From Clostridia bacterium (GTDB lineage: Bacteria > Bacillota > Clostridia > Oscillospirales > SIG627), in contig JAFSID010000102.1 in the NCBI GenBank assembly GCA_017439965.1, positions 26,472 through 90,471 of the forward strand: a DNA stretch of 64,000 bases, written 5' to 3'. Below the pieces are notes generated by a model. That model worked only from the letters and a program-made list of their open reading frames with translations, did no database searches and had not been told where the DNA came from. This document shows, piece after piece, positions 5,928 to 14,625 of the stretch (its first letter is position 1; each line of letters begins with the position of its first letter). The position numbers and the translations under genes were made by a program.

Positions 5928-7067
5928 TCAAAAATCAGATTTCTTTAGGTTATGCATACGACAGAGCATTTGCCCGTTATCAAGCGTAGTATGTCCGCCT
6001 TTGCTCCACGGGATAATATGGTCTGCTTGCATATTCTGATAATTCCAAGGCTCACAGAAGCCCTCTGCGGCACACATCGGGCATATGCCCTTTTGCCTTT
6101 CAAAAAGTATCCGCTTTTCATTATCCGTAAACGTGCGTATCGACAAAAGACGCTCACGGCTTCTACCGCTCAGCATATACTCATAAACTCCTTTTTGATT
6201 GGTTACGTCATCATCCTGAAGCAATAAGCTTATGCTTTTTTCCAACTCAGTCGGATCGTAGACCTCACCATTGAACTCATTGAACAAAATCCCCCAATTA
6301 AGTCCCTTCATAAGCTTCCCTCTATACTTGGGGAAGGTAAGCTCTACCCAATCAATCACAGCCTTATAATACTGCTTTAAGGGAGTAGCGTGAGTATCGT
6401 GCTGATGCTCTGCCATATATTCTTCAATGCTTTTTCCCTCCTTGCACGAAATCCAATGTAGAACAGTCTGTAAGTAATCTTGTCGAATGGGCGAGCCCGC
6501 CATATAACGTTCACCTATTTTATATGCAATACACTGATTTTTACTGAAATATTTTTTTGCATCACTCAGCCATTCTCCTGAGTAAACAGCATTTCTGAGC
6601 TCCTGTTCAGTAAGCTTTTCTCCTGCTATATTTATTATTTTAAACCAGTCAAGCTTTTCTGTATCAGTACCCTTGCAAATATATATCATCAATTTATAGT
6701 CAAGTACTTTCCGAGTTATTTCGTTTGACGTATGTGCATAATACCTCGTAGTCGGAACGTTCGGATCAGCCGCCACCGAAAATCCGTTGTCAAGCCAATC
6801 ACAAATACTTATCGTCCGCTGTTGACCGTCAAGCATTTCATACGTTCCATCCTCATTTTCAGACCAATACATAACGTTAAGCGGATAATTGTGTAAAATA
6901 GAATTTATAACTGCAATCTTCTTTTTATCATCATACACAAATTCTCTTTGATATGCGGGACGGACGTTAAGTCTTCCTCCGTAAGCAACAACTCTGCCAC
7001 TATCTTCATCGTCGTCAAAGCCGTCAAACAAATCTCTTACAGTGATTTCTTTAAGTTCAATTTCCAT
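5928..7067 (-). CDS. DUF262 (ParB/GmrS-like) plus C-terminal HNH nuclease
   Basis: 379 aa. N-terminal part: RPAYQREFVY and MLDGQQRTISI (the DGQQR signature of DUF262). C-terminal part: CPMC...ADHIIPWSKGGHTTLDNGQMLCRMHN (HNH finger). The start overlaps the methyltransferase 3' end by 11 nt, with an AGGAG SD inside it. Confidence 0.85.
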   Translation of the reverse strand: MEIELKEITVRDLFDGFDDDEDSGRVVAYGGRLNVRPAYQREFVYDDKKKIAVINSILHNYPLNVMYWSENEDGTYEMLDGQQRTISICDWLDNGFSVAADPNVPTTRYYAHTSNEITRKVLDYKLMIYICKGTDTEKLDWFKIINIAGEKLTEQELRNAVYSGEWLSDAKKYFSKNQCIAYKIGERYMAGSPIRQDYLQTVLHWISCKEGKSIEEYMAEHQHDTHATPLKQYYKAVIDWVELTFPKYRGKLMKGLNWGILFNEFNGEVYDPTELEKSISLLLQDDDVTNQKGVYEYMLSGRSRERLLSIRTFTDNEKRILFERQKGICPMCAAEGFCEPWNYQNMQADHIIPWSKGGHTTLDNGQMLCRMHNLKKSDF

Positions 7068-8130
7068 TGTTTTTTCTCCTAATAATTATTCTTGCGTATT
7101 TAGGTTTACCATTTATTTCCGTTAAATATTTTCCTTTAGTTTGAGGTGTGGGTCCATCTATCATACTGTATCGTCCTATACCATCCAAAATTTCAAACTG
7201 CTGAGGATTATATTTATCAAGGAACGTAATAGGAACTCCCATTGCGCCATAATAATCCTCCGGAATATTTGATGTTGAATCGACATTTATAGCATCATAG
7301 TTATCGTACTTGGGATATTCTTCAGGATTATATTTCTTCCAAAGCTCCAAATCCGTATGACGTTCTACATAATCCATATTCGTAAACCATCGCACTCCTT
7401 TCACCCTTATATATTTATTACCTTTTTCATCAACTCTGCACCCCGATGCCTCCATAGGATAATCAGTCGGCACTCTAAACTCCCTATCTCCGCTATGTAT
7501 AGAGTAGCCAAGCCACAGTTTATTTTCCTTGATTAAGGAAAAAATATCTCTATATGAAGTAGCATTAACATTACCAATTATCAAAAATTGTTTTTTATGC
7601 TCTATTAACTGAGAAACATATTCACGAAAAAGAGAAAATGGAGGATTGGTCACGACGATTTCCGCTTCATTTAATATCTCAACACATTCATTAGAACGAA
7701 AATCCCCATCTCCTTTTAACAAAGAAAGTGTATTTTTCTTATTTCGCAGTAAATATTCAACATCAACAAGGTCAATGGCACCATCACCGTTTATATCGTC
7801 AACATCCGTAATATCAATTCTGTAAGCACTTTTTTCATTTTTGGTTTCTATACACTCCTCGAAAAGACTCATTTGATCAAACTCAGTACCCGCAACGGAT
7901 GACCCTTTATAGCAAGAGGCAATCAGTCTTTTTAGTCCTAAGTATTTAAAATTCATAGCGAAGTATTTAAAAAAATTACTTTCATAAGGATCATCACAAT
8001 TACAAAACACCGTTTTATCTTTAAAATGATGTTTGTAGTGCTTTAACTCCGTCTCAATATCAACAAGTTGCGTGTAAAACTCATCCTTCTTATTTTTATT
8101 GGCCTTACGCAAATCACTATTACCCGACAT
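7057..8130 (-). CDS. N6-adenine DNA methyltransferase, EcoRI-methylase-like family
   Basis: 357 aa. DEFYTQ near the N-terminus, FCNCDDP, and the catalytic VVTNPPFS (NPPF) motif. It contains the EF-hand-like insert DINGDGAIDLVD. Confidence 0.8.
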   Translation of the reverse strand: MSGNSDLRKANKNKKDEFYTQLVDIETELKHYKHHFKDKTVFCNCDDPYESNFFKYFAMNFKYLGLKRLIASCYKGSSVAGTEFDQMSLFEECIETKNEKSAYRIDITDVDDINGDGAIDLVDVEYLLRNKKNTLSLLKGDGDFRSNECVEILNEAEIVVTNPPFSLFREYVSQLIEHKKQFLIIGNVNATSYRDIFSLIKENKLWLGYSIHSGDREFRVPTDYPMEASGCRVDEKGNKYIRVKGVRWFTNMDYVERHTDLELWKKYNPEEYPKYDNYDAINVDSTSNIPEDYYGAMGVPITFLDKYNPQQFEILDGIGRYSMIDGPTPQTKGKYLTEINGKPKYARIIIRRKNNGN

Positions 8131-8165
8131 AATTTTTCTCCTATAATTTTAAAATTTTATATATT

Positions 8166-8200
8166 TATATAAGTATATACATATATAAGTATATATTCAA
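8166..8200 (-). promoter_or_regulatory. candidate M-R operon promoter (TTGAAT-17-TATACT) overlapped by two tandem TATATAAGTATATA boxes
   Basis: Boxes at 8166-8179 and 8182-8195 (16-bp period). On the minus strand, -35 at 8200-8195 and -10 at 8177-8172. Confidence 0.45.
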
Positions 8201-8209
8201 TTAAACGAA

Positions 8210-8238
8210 TTGTCAATAAGATATATATTTAATAAAAT
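8210..8238 (+). promoter_or_regulatory. candidate promoter of the small HTH gene (TTGTCA-17-TAAAAT)
   Basis: TTGTCA at 8210-8215, a 17-nt spacer, TAAAAT at 8233-8238. Confidence 0.45.
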
Positions 8239-8258
8239 ATATATTGGAGGAAAACATT

Positions 8259-8468
8259 ATGGTTAGATTAAAATTAAAAGAGTATCTTGACCTGATTGGG
8301 ACTACAAGATACGACCTTTCTGTAAAAAGCGGAATACAATATCAAATAATTGACAAATATTATAAAAACAAGGTGGTACGGTATGACAGCTATGTGCTTG
8401 ACAGAATTTGCTACACCTTGGATTGCGATATATCTGACATAATCGAATATAAAAAAGATAAAGCGTGA
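8259..8468 (+). CDS. small HTH protein (Cro/C1-type), candidate controller of the divergent M-R operon
   Basis: GGAGG at 8246-8250 sits 8 nt before the ATG at 8259 (MVRLKLKEYLDLIGTTRYDLSVKSGIQYQIIDKYY...). The track start at 8244 is a TTG inside the SD region. Confidence 0.75.
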   Translation: MVRLKLKEYLDLIGTTRYDLSVKSGIQYQIIDKYYKNKVVRYDSYVLDRICYTLDCDISDIIEYKKDKA

Positions 8469-8498
8469 TGTTTGAAAACATCACGCTTTGCGTTTTTA
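8461..8498 (+). terminator. rho-independent terminator after the HTH gene
   Basis: 12-bp stem AAGCGTGATGTT / AACATCACGCTT with loop TGAA, then TGCGTTTTTA. Confidence 0.8.
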
Positions 8499-8504
8499 TT
8501 ATAA

Positions 8505-10454
8505 TTATTTAGTAAGCATCCACACTGCCATTTTTGACTCGTCGTTCCATCCCTTACCTGCCGAGGAATAGTCGGTAACCGTCATAAAGCTACCGTCACA
8601 AAGAGGAATCTCAAGAGCCACTATCGACTCATACGGAGAGGTGCTCTCCTTTACGTCAACCGTGCCGTCCGCATTGACGAGAACGTCGATGGGGTCATCA
8701 ACACTGTAACCGAGACCGTTCTCCTGAGCAAGCATCAAAGGTCCTCTTTGAAGGGCGATATGCTTGATGGCGAGAGGGTCCTGCTTGTCGTATACGGGAA
8801 TTACCGCAAGGTTGCCTCCTCGGTCGAGCACCGTACCCGTCATAAGCACCTGCTCTCCGTACACCTCGGGATAAATGGCAACGGTCGGCATATCAAGTGA
8901 GATTTCAACCGTATCACCGCTTTTCCATTCGCGGTTGATTGAAACGTAGCCGTCACTTACCTGAACAGACTGACCGTTAACCTTAACGGAGGTATTCTTG
9001 CTCCATTCGGGATTTCTGACGAAGAGCGTAAAGCGCTCGGGCTTGTCAAGAGTTAATTTTACCGAGACGTCACTTCCCTTGGGATAGTCGGTAGCCGTTT
9101 CAAGAATAAGCTTCTCACCGCTCGGTGTCAGGGTTTCTGCCTTTCCGTCAACGAAGAGGTTGAGCGCAATTCCGTCGGGGGTGGTCATAAGTTGCATTTT
9201 CGACACGAGACCGATACCCGCAGAGCCGATGCAGGCACAACAGCCGTAATAGTGATTGTCGGACATAAAGCGGAGTCCTCCGACGCCCTTTCCTCTGCGG
9301 TCTGCGGTAAGAGGGCTGTAGCTGTCAAAGGGCATAGGCTCTTTCACACATTCGGGCGTAAGCACCTCGTAGCAAACCTTCTTGTTGGTGTTTACCGCAC
9401 CGAGATAAGCGTTATAAAGTGAGCGCTCAAAGGCATCCACGTATTTAGGGTCTCCCGTCACGAGATGCACCTGATACATAAACTTCATCATAGTTACGGT
9501 AACGCAGGTCTCCTGAGCAATGTTACCGTTGGTGGTATTAGCCTGACGCACGGTGGAATGGTCGAAAAGCTCGTGAGTACATCCACCGCTTCCTATTACG
9601 GTAAAGTCGGTCTCAAGCATCTTGTCGGCAAAATTAACGACAGCCCTCTTGTGCTTTTCATCCCCCGTAAGTCTGTAATACTCAAGAAGTCCTTCAAAGC
9701 AGGATATCATTTCATAAGCCTTTGTAACGGGATACTGATAAGGATAAAGGCCGTCCGCAAGCGCATACTCAAAGACGTTTCCGATATCAATACAGCCGTG
9801 TCTTATGATGTGCTCGGCGAGTGAAAGATAGGTCTTGTTTTCGGTGAGCATATAGAGTCGGACGACGGGCTCAAGAATGGAGGAGGCATTGAGACCTCTC
9901 CAGAAATTAGAGGTGTGAGTAATCTTGGTTTGACCCTCTCCGTCACCGATTTTGGAGGCGATGTAATCAACCTGTGTACACATTGAAGCAATAACGCGCT
10001 TTTCAAGTGACTCGTCACGGCAAATTTCAAGAAAATACTGCATACCTAAAAGCACGTACTTTCTGCACCACATATCCCAGCCTCTGAACTCATTGTCCGC
10101 GGGATAGGAGCTGATACGTCCGAGAGAGTCAACGCTCTCAATCATATCCTCAACGGTCTGCGAGAGCATTGAGTAAAGCTCCCCGTCACGAGTGTAGGAA
10201 TACACGAAGGTTGCACCGCGCATCATCTTGCCCCAGTACTCACCTCTCCAGCCCCCGTCATTGTCGGAGGACTCACGGAATTGCTGAACGAAGCGACGCC
10301 AAAGAGTAGGACTCTTGAGCTGAAATTCCTCTATAAATTTATAGGTCTTGTCAATTATTCCGTTGTAGGAATAACGGTTTTCAGTGTCAACGAAAAGCTT
10401 GTCGGTTGACATACGGTAGCTGTTTACACTTTTTTCTTTATACAAATTTCTCAT
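8505..10454 (-). CDS. glycoside hydrolase family 127 (DUF1680, beta-L-arabinofuranosidase-like)
   Basis: 649 aa. It has the E-x-C (IAQETCVT) and CC (YYGCCACIG) motifs, which match the Zn/Cys catalytic site I recall for HypBA1-type enzymes. Confidence 0.7.
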   Translation of the reverse strand: MRNLYKEKSVNSYRMSTDKLFVDTENRYSYNGIIDKTYKFIEEFQLKSPTLWRRFVQQFRESSDNDGGWRGEYWGKMMRGATFVYSYTRDGELYSMLSQTVEDMIESVDSLGRISSYPADNEFRGWDMWCRKYVLLGMQYFLEICRDESLEKRVIASMCTQVDYIASKIGDGEGQTKITHTSNFWRGLNASSILEPVVRLYMLTENKTYLSLAEHIIRHGCIDIGNVFEYALADGLYPYQYPVTKAYEMISCFEGLLEYYRLTGDEKHKRAVVNFADKMLETDFTVIGSGGCTHELFDHSTVRQANTTNGNIAQETCVTVTMMKFMYQVHLVTGDPKYVDAFERSLYNAYLGAVNTNKKVCYEVLTPECVKEPMPFDSYSPLTADRRGKGVGGLRFMSDNHYYGCCACIGSAGIGLVSKMQLMTTPDGIALNLFVDGKAETLTPSGEKLILETATDYPKGSDVSVKLTLDKPERFTLFVRNPEWSKNTSVKVNGQSVQVSDGYVSINREWKSGDTVEISLDMPTVAIYPEVYGEQVLMTGTVLDRGGNLAVIPVYDKQDPLAIKHIALQRGPLMLAQENGLGYSVDDPIDVLVNADGTVDVKESTSPYESIVALEIPLCDGSFMTVTDYSSAGKGWNDESKMAVWMLTK

Positions 10455-10458
10455 AATA

Positions 10459-11718
10459 TTACCCCAATATCTTCAAAATAAATGCGCCGACCGTTTTGGT
10501 ATAATCAACGAGGCTGTCACATTCGATAAACTCGTTAGGCTGATGTGCTCCACCTTCAACGCTGAAATCACGCCCTGCGCCAAAGCCGTATGCGGAGCTT
10601 GAGCCGAATTTCGATATAACCGAAAGATCTGAAAGACAAGAGCCGCAAACGAGAAGCTCGTTGCCCGTAGCCTCACGGGAAGCCTCAAGCATCGTCATAA
10701 CGTCCTCGCTGTCAGGCTCACAGAATACGTAATGGAAAAACCTTGTATTAGGCGCAAAACCGTCGGAAATTATACCGAGAGGAGCAAGACGCTCACTCAT
10801 TTTTTCATTAAAGCCATCAAGCTCAGCGTATATTTCATCCTTCGTTTTGTCTGTATAGAATACGAAAAGCACCTCACCGACTCCCATATCCATACCGTTG
10901 TTGCCTGCCTTTACCTCAAGCACACGGAGAGAGGTCTCGGGAATAATCGTTCCCTTGTAGAAGCGGTTTTCCTCAAGCTCTCGACGGCGGTTATCTGCAA
11001 ATTCACGGATTACGTCAAGCACCGTCGGAATTGCCGTTGCGGTGGTCATAGCGCTGTCAACCGTCTTGTCAACGTGCCACTTAAAGCGGATTTCCTGACC
11101 GCCCGAGCCACAGTGCCAAATCTGTCCTTCCCGTCCGTCAAGGCTGACGATACGCTTGGCAGGATATTTCAAAACGCTTGCAAGAGCGCCGTGAGAGCCG
11201 CCGTACTCCTCGTCGGAATATGCGGAAAATATAAGATTTTTGGACGGAACAAAGCCCTTTTCCTGAAGAAGCTTTATAAGAAAGAGCACCGTCGCAATTG
11301 CGTACTTGTCGTCACACGCACCTCTGCCGAAAATCTTGCCGTCACAAATTTCACCCGACAAAGCGTCTCTGTCCCAGTTTGACGGATTTCCGATACCGAC
11401 AGTGTCGGTATGAGCCATAAGCATAAGCTCGTCGGTGTTTTCCAAGCCCTTAAAGCGCGCGGTCACGTTGTAGCGGTTTTCAAGATTGCGACCGGGTAAA
11501 TAGTCCGAATGCTCCTCAAAGCCCTCTATATCAAGCGGTGAATAAAGCTCGGTCTCAAGCCCAAGCTCACGGCAGAGGGAGTAAACGTACCTCGCACACT
11601 CCTCCTCGTTTCCGTGAGAGCCAAAGCTCTCGGAATTTATCTTGATAAGGCTTGACAAAAGAGCGAAAAGCTCGTCCTTTCTTGCCTCAATTAATTCACA
11701 TAGCTCTTTTACTTTCAT
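10459..11718 (-). CDS. M20 family metallopeptidase/deacylase (ArgE/DapE-like)
   Basis: 419 aa with MAHTDTV (HxD) and GRGACDDK motifs. Its stop lies 4 nt before the GH127 start. Confidence 0.8.
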   Translation of the reverse strand: MKVKELCELIEARKDELFALLSSLIKINSESFGSHGNEEECARYVYSLCRELGLETELYSPLDIEGFEEHSDYLPGRNLENRYNVTARFKGLENTDELMLMAHTDTVGIGNPSNWDRDALSGEICDGKIFGRGACDDKYAIATVLFLIKLLQEKGFVPSKNLIFSAYSDEEYGGSHGALASVLKYPAKRIVSLDGREGQIWHCGSGGQEIRFKWHVDKTVDSAMTTATAIPTVLDVIREFADNRRRELEENRFYKGTIIPETSLRVLEVKAGNNGMDMGVGEVLFVFYTDKTKDEIYAELDGFNEKMSERLAPLGIISDGFAPNTRFFHYVFCEPDSEDVMTMLEASREATGNELLVCGSCLSDLSVISKFGSSSAYGFGAGRDFSVEGGAHQPNEFIECDSLVDYTKTVGAFILKILG

Positions 11719-11799
11719 ATAAATTACCTCTCATAAAATTATGCACTTTCATTTTATCACACCTCTACCGCAATTTCAATGCTTTTTTCATCATTTTAT

Positions 11800-11847
11800 T
11801 AAACACAGATGGGAGTACCTCGGCTTACGGAAAGTCGGTACTCCCAT
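11800..11847 (-). terminator. possible terminator hairpin after hisIE
   Basis: 11-bp stem ATGGGAGTACC / GGTACTCCCAT (11809-11819 / 11837-11847) with a large loop. The U-tract on the minus strand is weak. Confidence 0.3.
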
Positions 11848-11887
11848 ATTGTTAACGATGTATTGGACGAATTTATGACGCAAAAAT

Positions 11888-12532
11888 TTAGGTCATTTTC
11901 TCTTGCTTAACCTTTTTATCTATTACGTGACGGCTCGCAAGCTCCGTTCTTATATCCTCAAGGGAAATGCCCATTTCAATCATAAGAACCATAAGGTGAT
12001 AGGTGAGGTCGGCAATTTCGTATATCGTTTCACGCTTATCGTCGGCTTTGCCTGCGATTATTACCTCGGTGGATTCCTCACCGACCTTTTTGAGAATTTT
12101 GTCGATTCCCTTTTCAAAGAGGTAGGTGGTGTAGGAGCCCTCCTTTTTCTCGGTCTTGCGACGGGAGATGAGGTCCATAAGTGCTTCGAGGCTGAAGGGA
12201 TGCTCGTCATCGTTTTCGTAGACGGTGTTTTCAAAGCAGGAAACGGTGCCCGTATGACAGGCGGGTCCGTCGGGACGAACGAGGATAACGAGGGCATCGT
12301 TGTCACAGTCTGCGGTGATGGAAACGATGTGCTGATAGTTTCCGCTGGTCTCACCCTTGAGCCAAAGCTCTCCTCTGGAGCGACTCCAGAAGCAAGTGAG
12401 CTTCTTTTCCATGGTAACCTTGAGGCTTTCCTCGTTCATATAGGCGAGGGTCAGAACCTCCTTGGTCTCAGCATCCTGCACGATGGCGGGAATGAGTCCG
12501 TTTGAGTCAAATTTAAGTGCTTTTATATCCAT
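11888..12532 (-). CDS. hisIE: bifunctional phosphoribosyl-AMP cyclohydrolase / phosphoribosyl-ATP pyrophosphatase
   Basis: 214 aa. N-terminal HisI ([22 protein letters not shown]) and C-terminal HisE (EEStEVIIA..YHLMVL). It is the last gene of the his operon. Confidence 0.93.
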   Translation of the reverse strand: MDIKALKFDSNGLIPAIVQDAETKEVLTLAYMNEESLKVTMEKKLTCFWSRSRGELWLKGETSGNYQHIVSITADCDNDALVILVRPDGPACHTGTVSCFENTVYENDDEHPFSLEALMDLISRRKTEKKEGSYTTYLFEKGIDKILKKVGEESTEVIIAGKADDKRETIYEIADLTYHLMVLMIEMGISLEDIRTELASRHVIDKKVKQEKMT

Positions 12533-12544
12533 AATTGTTCCTTT

Positions 12545-13300
12545 CTATCTTACGAGAATACCGTTTTGAGCAAGCTCTTTTTTGAGGTCGGATATCTGTA
12601 CCTCTCCGAAATGGAAGATTGAAGCGGCAAGACCTGCGTCAACCTTGGGAAGAGCTTTGAAGAGGGTTACGAAATCCTGAATACAGCCTGCTCCGCCCGA
12701 TGCAATTACGGGGACGGATACGGCGTCGGATACTGCCTTGAGCATTTCAAGGTCGAAGCCCTTTTTTACGCCGTCGGTATCAATGGAGTTGAGGACTATT
12801 TCACCTGCGCCGTTATCAACGCCACGCTTTATCCACTCAATTGCCTCAAGACCCGTGTTTTCACGACCTCCCTTGGCAAAAACCCGAAATACGCCGTCTA
12901 CTCGGGCAACGTCAACCGAGAGGACAACGCACTGGTCACCGTAACGCTTTGCAGCCTCGGAAATGAGCGAGGGGTTACGGATAGCTCCCGAGTTTACGCT
13001 GACCTTATCGGCACCGCATTTAAGCACGCGGTCGAAATCGTCAACGGTGTTGATGCCTCCGCCGACGGTCAAGGGAATAAAAATCGTACGGGCTACGTCA
13101 CGCAGTATATCGGTAAAGAGCTTTCTGCCCTCGGCAGATGCGGTGATATCGTAAAAGACGAGCTCGTCGGCACCGTTATCGCTGTAAAATTTCGCAAGGT
13201 CAACGGGGGATGATACGTCGTTGAGATTCTTGAAATTCGTTCCCTTGACGACTCTGCCGTCACGCACGTCAAGGCAAGGGATAATTCTTTTGGTTATCAT
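12545..13300 (-). CDS. hisF: imidazole glycerol phosphate synthase cyclase subunit
   Basis: 251 aa starting MITKRIIPCLDVRDGRVVKG, with ..ASGGAG... Confidence 0.95.
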   Translation of the reverse strand: MITKRIIPCLDVRDGRVVKGTNFKNLNDVSSPVDLAKFYSDNGADELVFYDITASAEGRKLFTDILRDVARTIFIPLTVGGGINTVDDFDRVLKCGADKVSVNSGAIRNPSLISEAAKRYGDQCVVLSVDVARVDGVFRVFAKGGRENTGLEAIEWIKRGVDNGAGEIVLNSIDTDGVKKGFDLEMLKAVSDAVSVPVIASGGAGCIQDFVTLFKALPKVDAGLAASIFHFGEVQISDLKKELAQNGILVR

Positions 13301-14010
13301 TTTGCCACCTCCACCGCTTCACGAATTGAGATAGCGCCCGTGTAATACGCCTTACCGATTATAGCGCCGTAAAGTTTGAGTGAGGCAAGACGCTTGACGT
13401 CGTCAAGGCTTGACACTCCGCCCGATGCGGTGATGTTGAGAGAAAAGCGTTCGGAAAGCTCACGGTAAAGCTCGTGTGCCGCGCCCTTCATTGCACCGTC
13501 ACGGGAAATGTCGGTACAGATGACGTTGGAAACGCCGAGTGCCTGAAGCTTCTCGCAGAAATCGAAGGCATCAACCTCAGAGCGTTCAACCCAGCCCTTT
13601 ATGGCAACGTTGCCATCCTTGATATCAACGCCGACGGCAATCTTATCACCGTGCTTTTCAAGGGCTTTTTTGAGGAACGCCTCATCGGTGAGGGCGGCTG
13701 TGCCGAGAATTACTCGGTCAACGCCTATTTCAAGATATTTGTCAACCGTCTCAATTGAGCGGATGCCTCCGCCGATTTCGACGAAAAGGTCGGTGTTTTC
13801 AACTATTTTACGAACGACGTCTATGTTAGGCGTGTTGCCGTCACGGGCACCCTCAAGGTCAACGAGGTGGATGTACTCCGCTCCGCTTTCCTCAAAATCA
13901 AGGGCAACCGACAAGGGATCGTCGCTGTAAACGGTCATCTCGTCATAGCGTCCCTTATAAAGACGGACAGCCTTTTTTTCATATAAATCTATTGCGGGAA
14001 AAATCTTCAT
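13297..14010 (-). CDS. hisA: ProFAR isomerase
   Basis: 237 aa starting MKIFPAIDLYEKKAVRLYKG. Operon context supports the call. Confidence 0.93.
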   Translation of the reverse strand: MKIFPAIDLYEKKAVRLYKGRYDEMTVYSDDPLSVALDFEESGAEYIHLVDLEGARDGNTPNIDVVRKIVENTDLFVEIGGGIRSIETVDKYLEIGVDRVILGTAALTDEAFLKKALEKHGDKIAVGVDIKDGNVAIKGWVERSEVDAFDFCEKLQALGVSNVICTDISRDGAMKGAAHELYRELSERFSLNITASGGVSSLDDVKRLASLKLYGAIIGKAYYTGAISIREAVEVAK

Positions 14011-14013
14011 AGT

Positions 14014-14625
14014 CTACTCCTTTTCGCAGAATGCCTTGAGTATCGCAAGACCGACGCGTCCGCTCTTTTCGGGATGGAACTGACAGCCGTGTATATTCCC
14101 GAGGGATACGGCGGCGGTAACCTCCCGTCCGTATTCCGCGGTCGAGCATACAGAATCGTCACAGCCTACTGCGTGATAGGAATGAACGAAGTAAACGGCG
14201 TCGCCGTCGTTTATGTATTTAAAAATTGGAGTATCCTTCTTGAATATAAGCTTGTTCCAGCCCATATGAGGAATTTTTAATTCACTCGGTACAAAGTCCT
14301 TTAAGGGTATTATCTCCCCCTTTAAAAGTCCGAGTCCCTCCCACTCTCCGTACTCAAAGCTTTTTTCAAAAAGCATCTGCATACCGAGACAGATTCCCAT
14401 AAGCTCCTTGCCGTTTTGTGCCTCCTCAACAACTACTCGGTCGAGTCCGCTTTCACGAAGCTTGGTGATGGCATCACGGAATGCTCCGACACCCGGGAGA
14501 ATGATTTTATCAGCTGAACGCAGGACACTTTCGTCAGAGGTTACACAAGCGTCAACGCCTATGGCATCAAGGGAGCTTTTAAGAGAAAAGAGATTTCCGA
14601 CTCCGTAATCAACTATTGCTATCAT
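14014..14625 (-). CDS. hisH: imidazole glycerol phosphate synthase glutaminase subunit
   Basis: 203 aa. MIAIVDYGVGNLFS..GICLGMQ..FHPEKS is the class I GATase triad. Confidence 0.95.
   Translation of the reverse strand: MIAIVDYGVGNLFSLKSSLDAIGVDACVTSDESVLRSADKIILPGVGAFRDAITKLRESGLDRVVVEEAQNGKELMGICLGMQMLFEKSFEYGEWEGLGLLKGEIIPLKDFVPSELKIPHMGWNKLIFKKDTPIFKYINDGDAVYFVHSYHAVGCDDSVCSTAEYGREVTAAVSLGNIHGCQFHPEKSGRVGLAILKAFCEKE

Noticed and set aside
8166-8195. Tandem 16-bp-period repeats that could be mistaken for a micro-CRISPR or satellite.
   Set aside because: There are only two units, no spacers and no cas genes, and they sit in a divergent promoter. I interpret them as operator boxes.
8497-8512. 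ATAATTATTTA is shared between the sequence just after repeat copy 1 (5183-5194) and the right edge of the R-M islet. This could have been a third att remnant.
   Set aside because: It is only about 11 nt, AT-only, and overlaps the GH127 stop codon. That is insufficient evidence for an att site.
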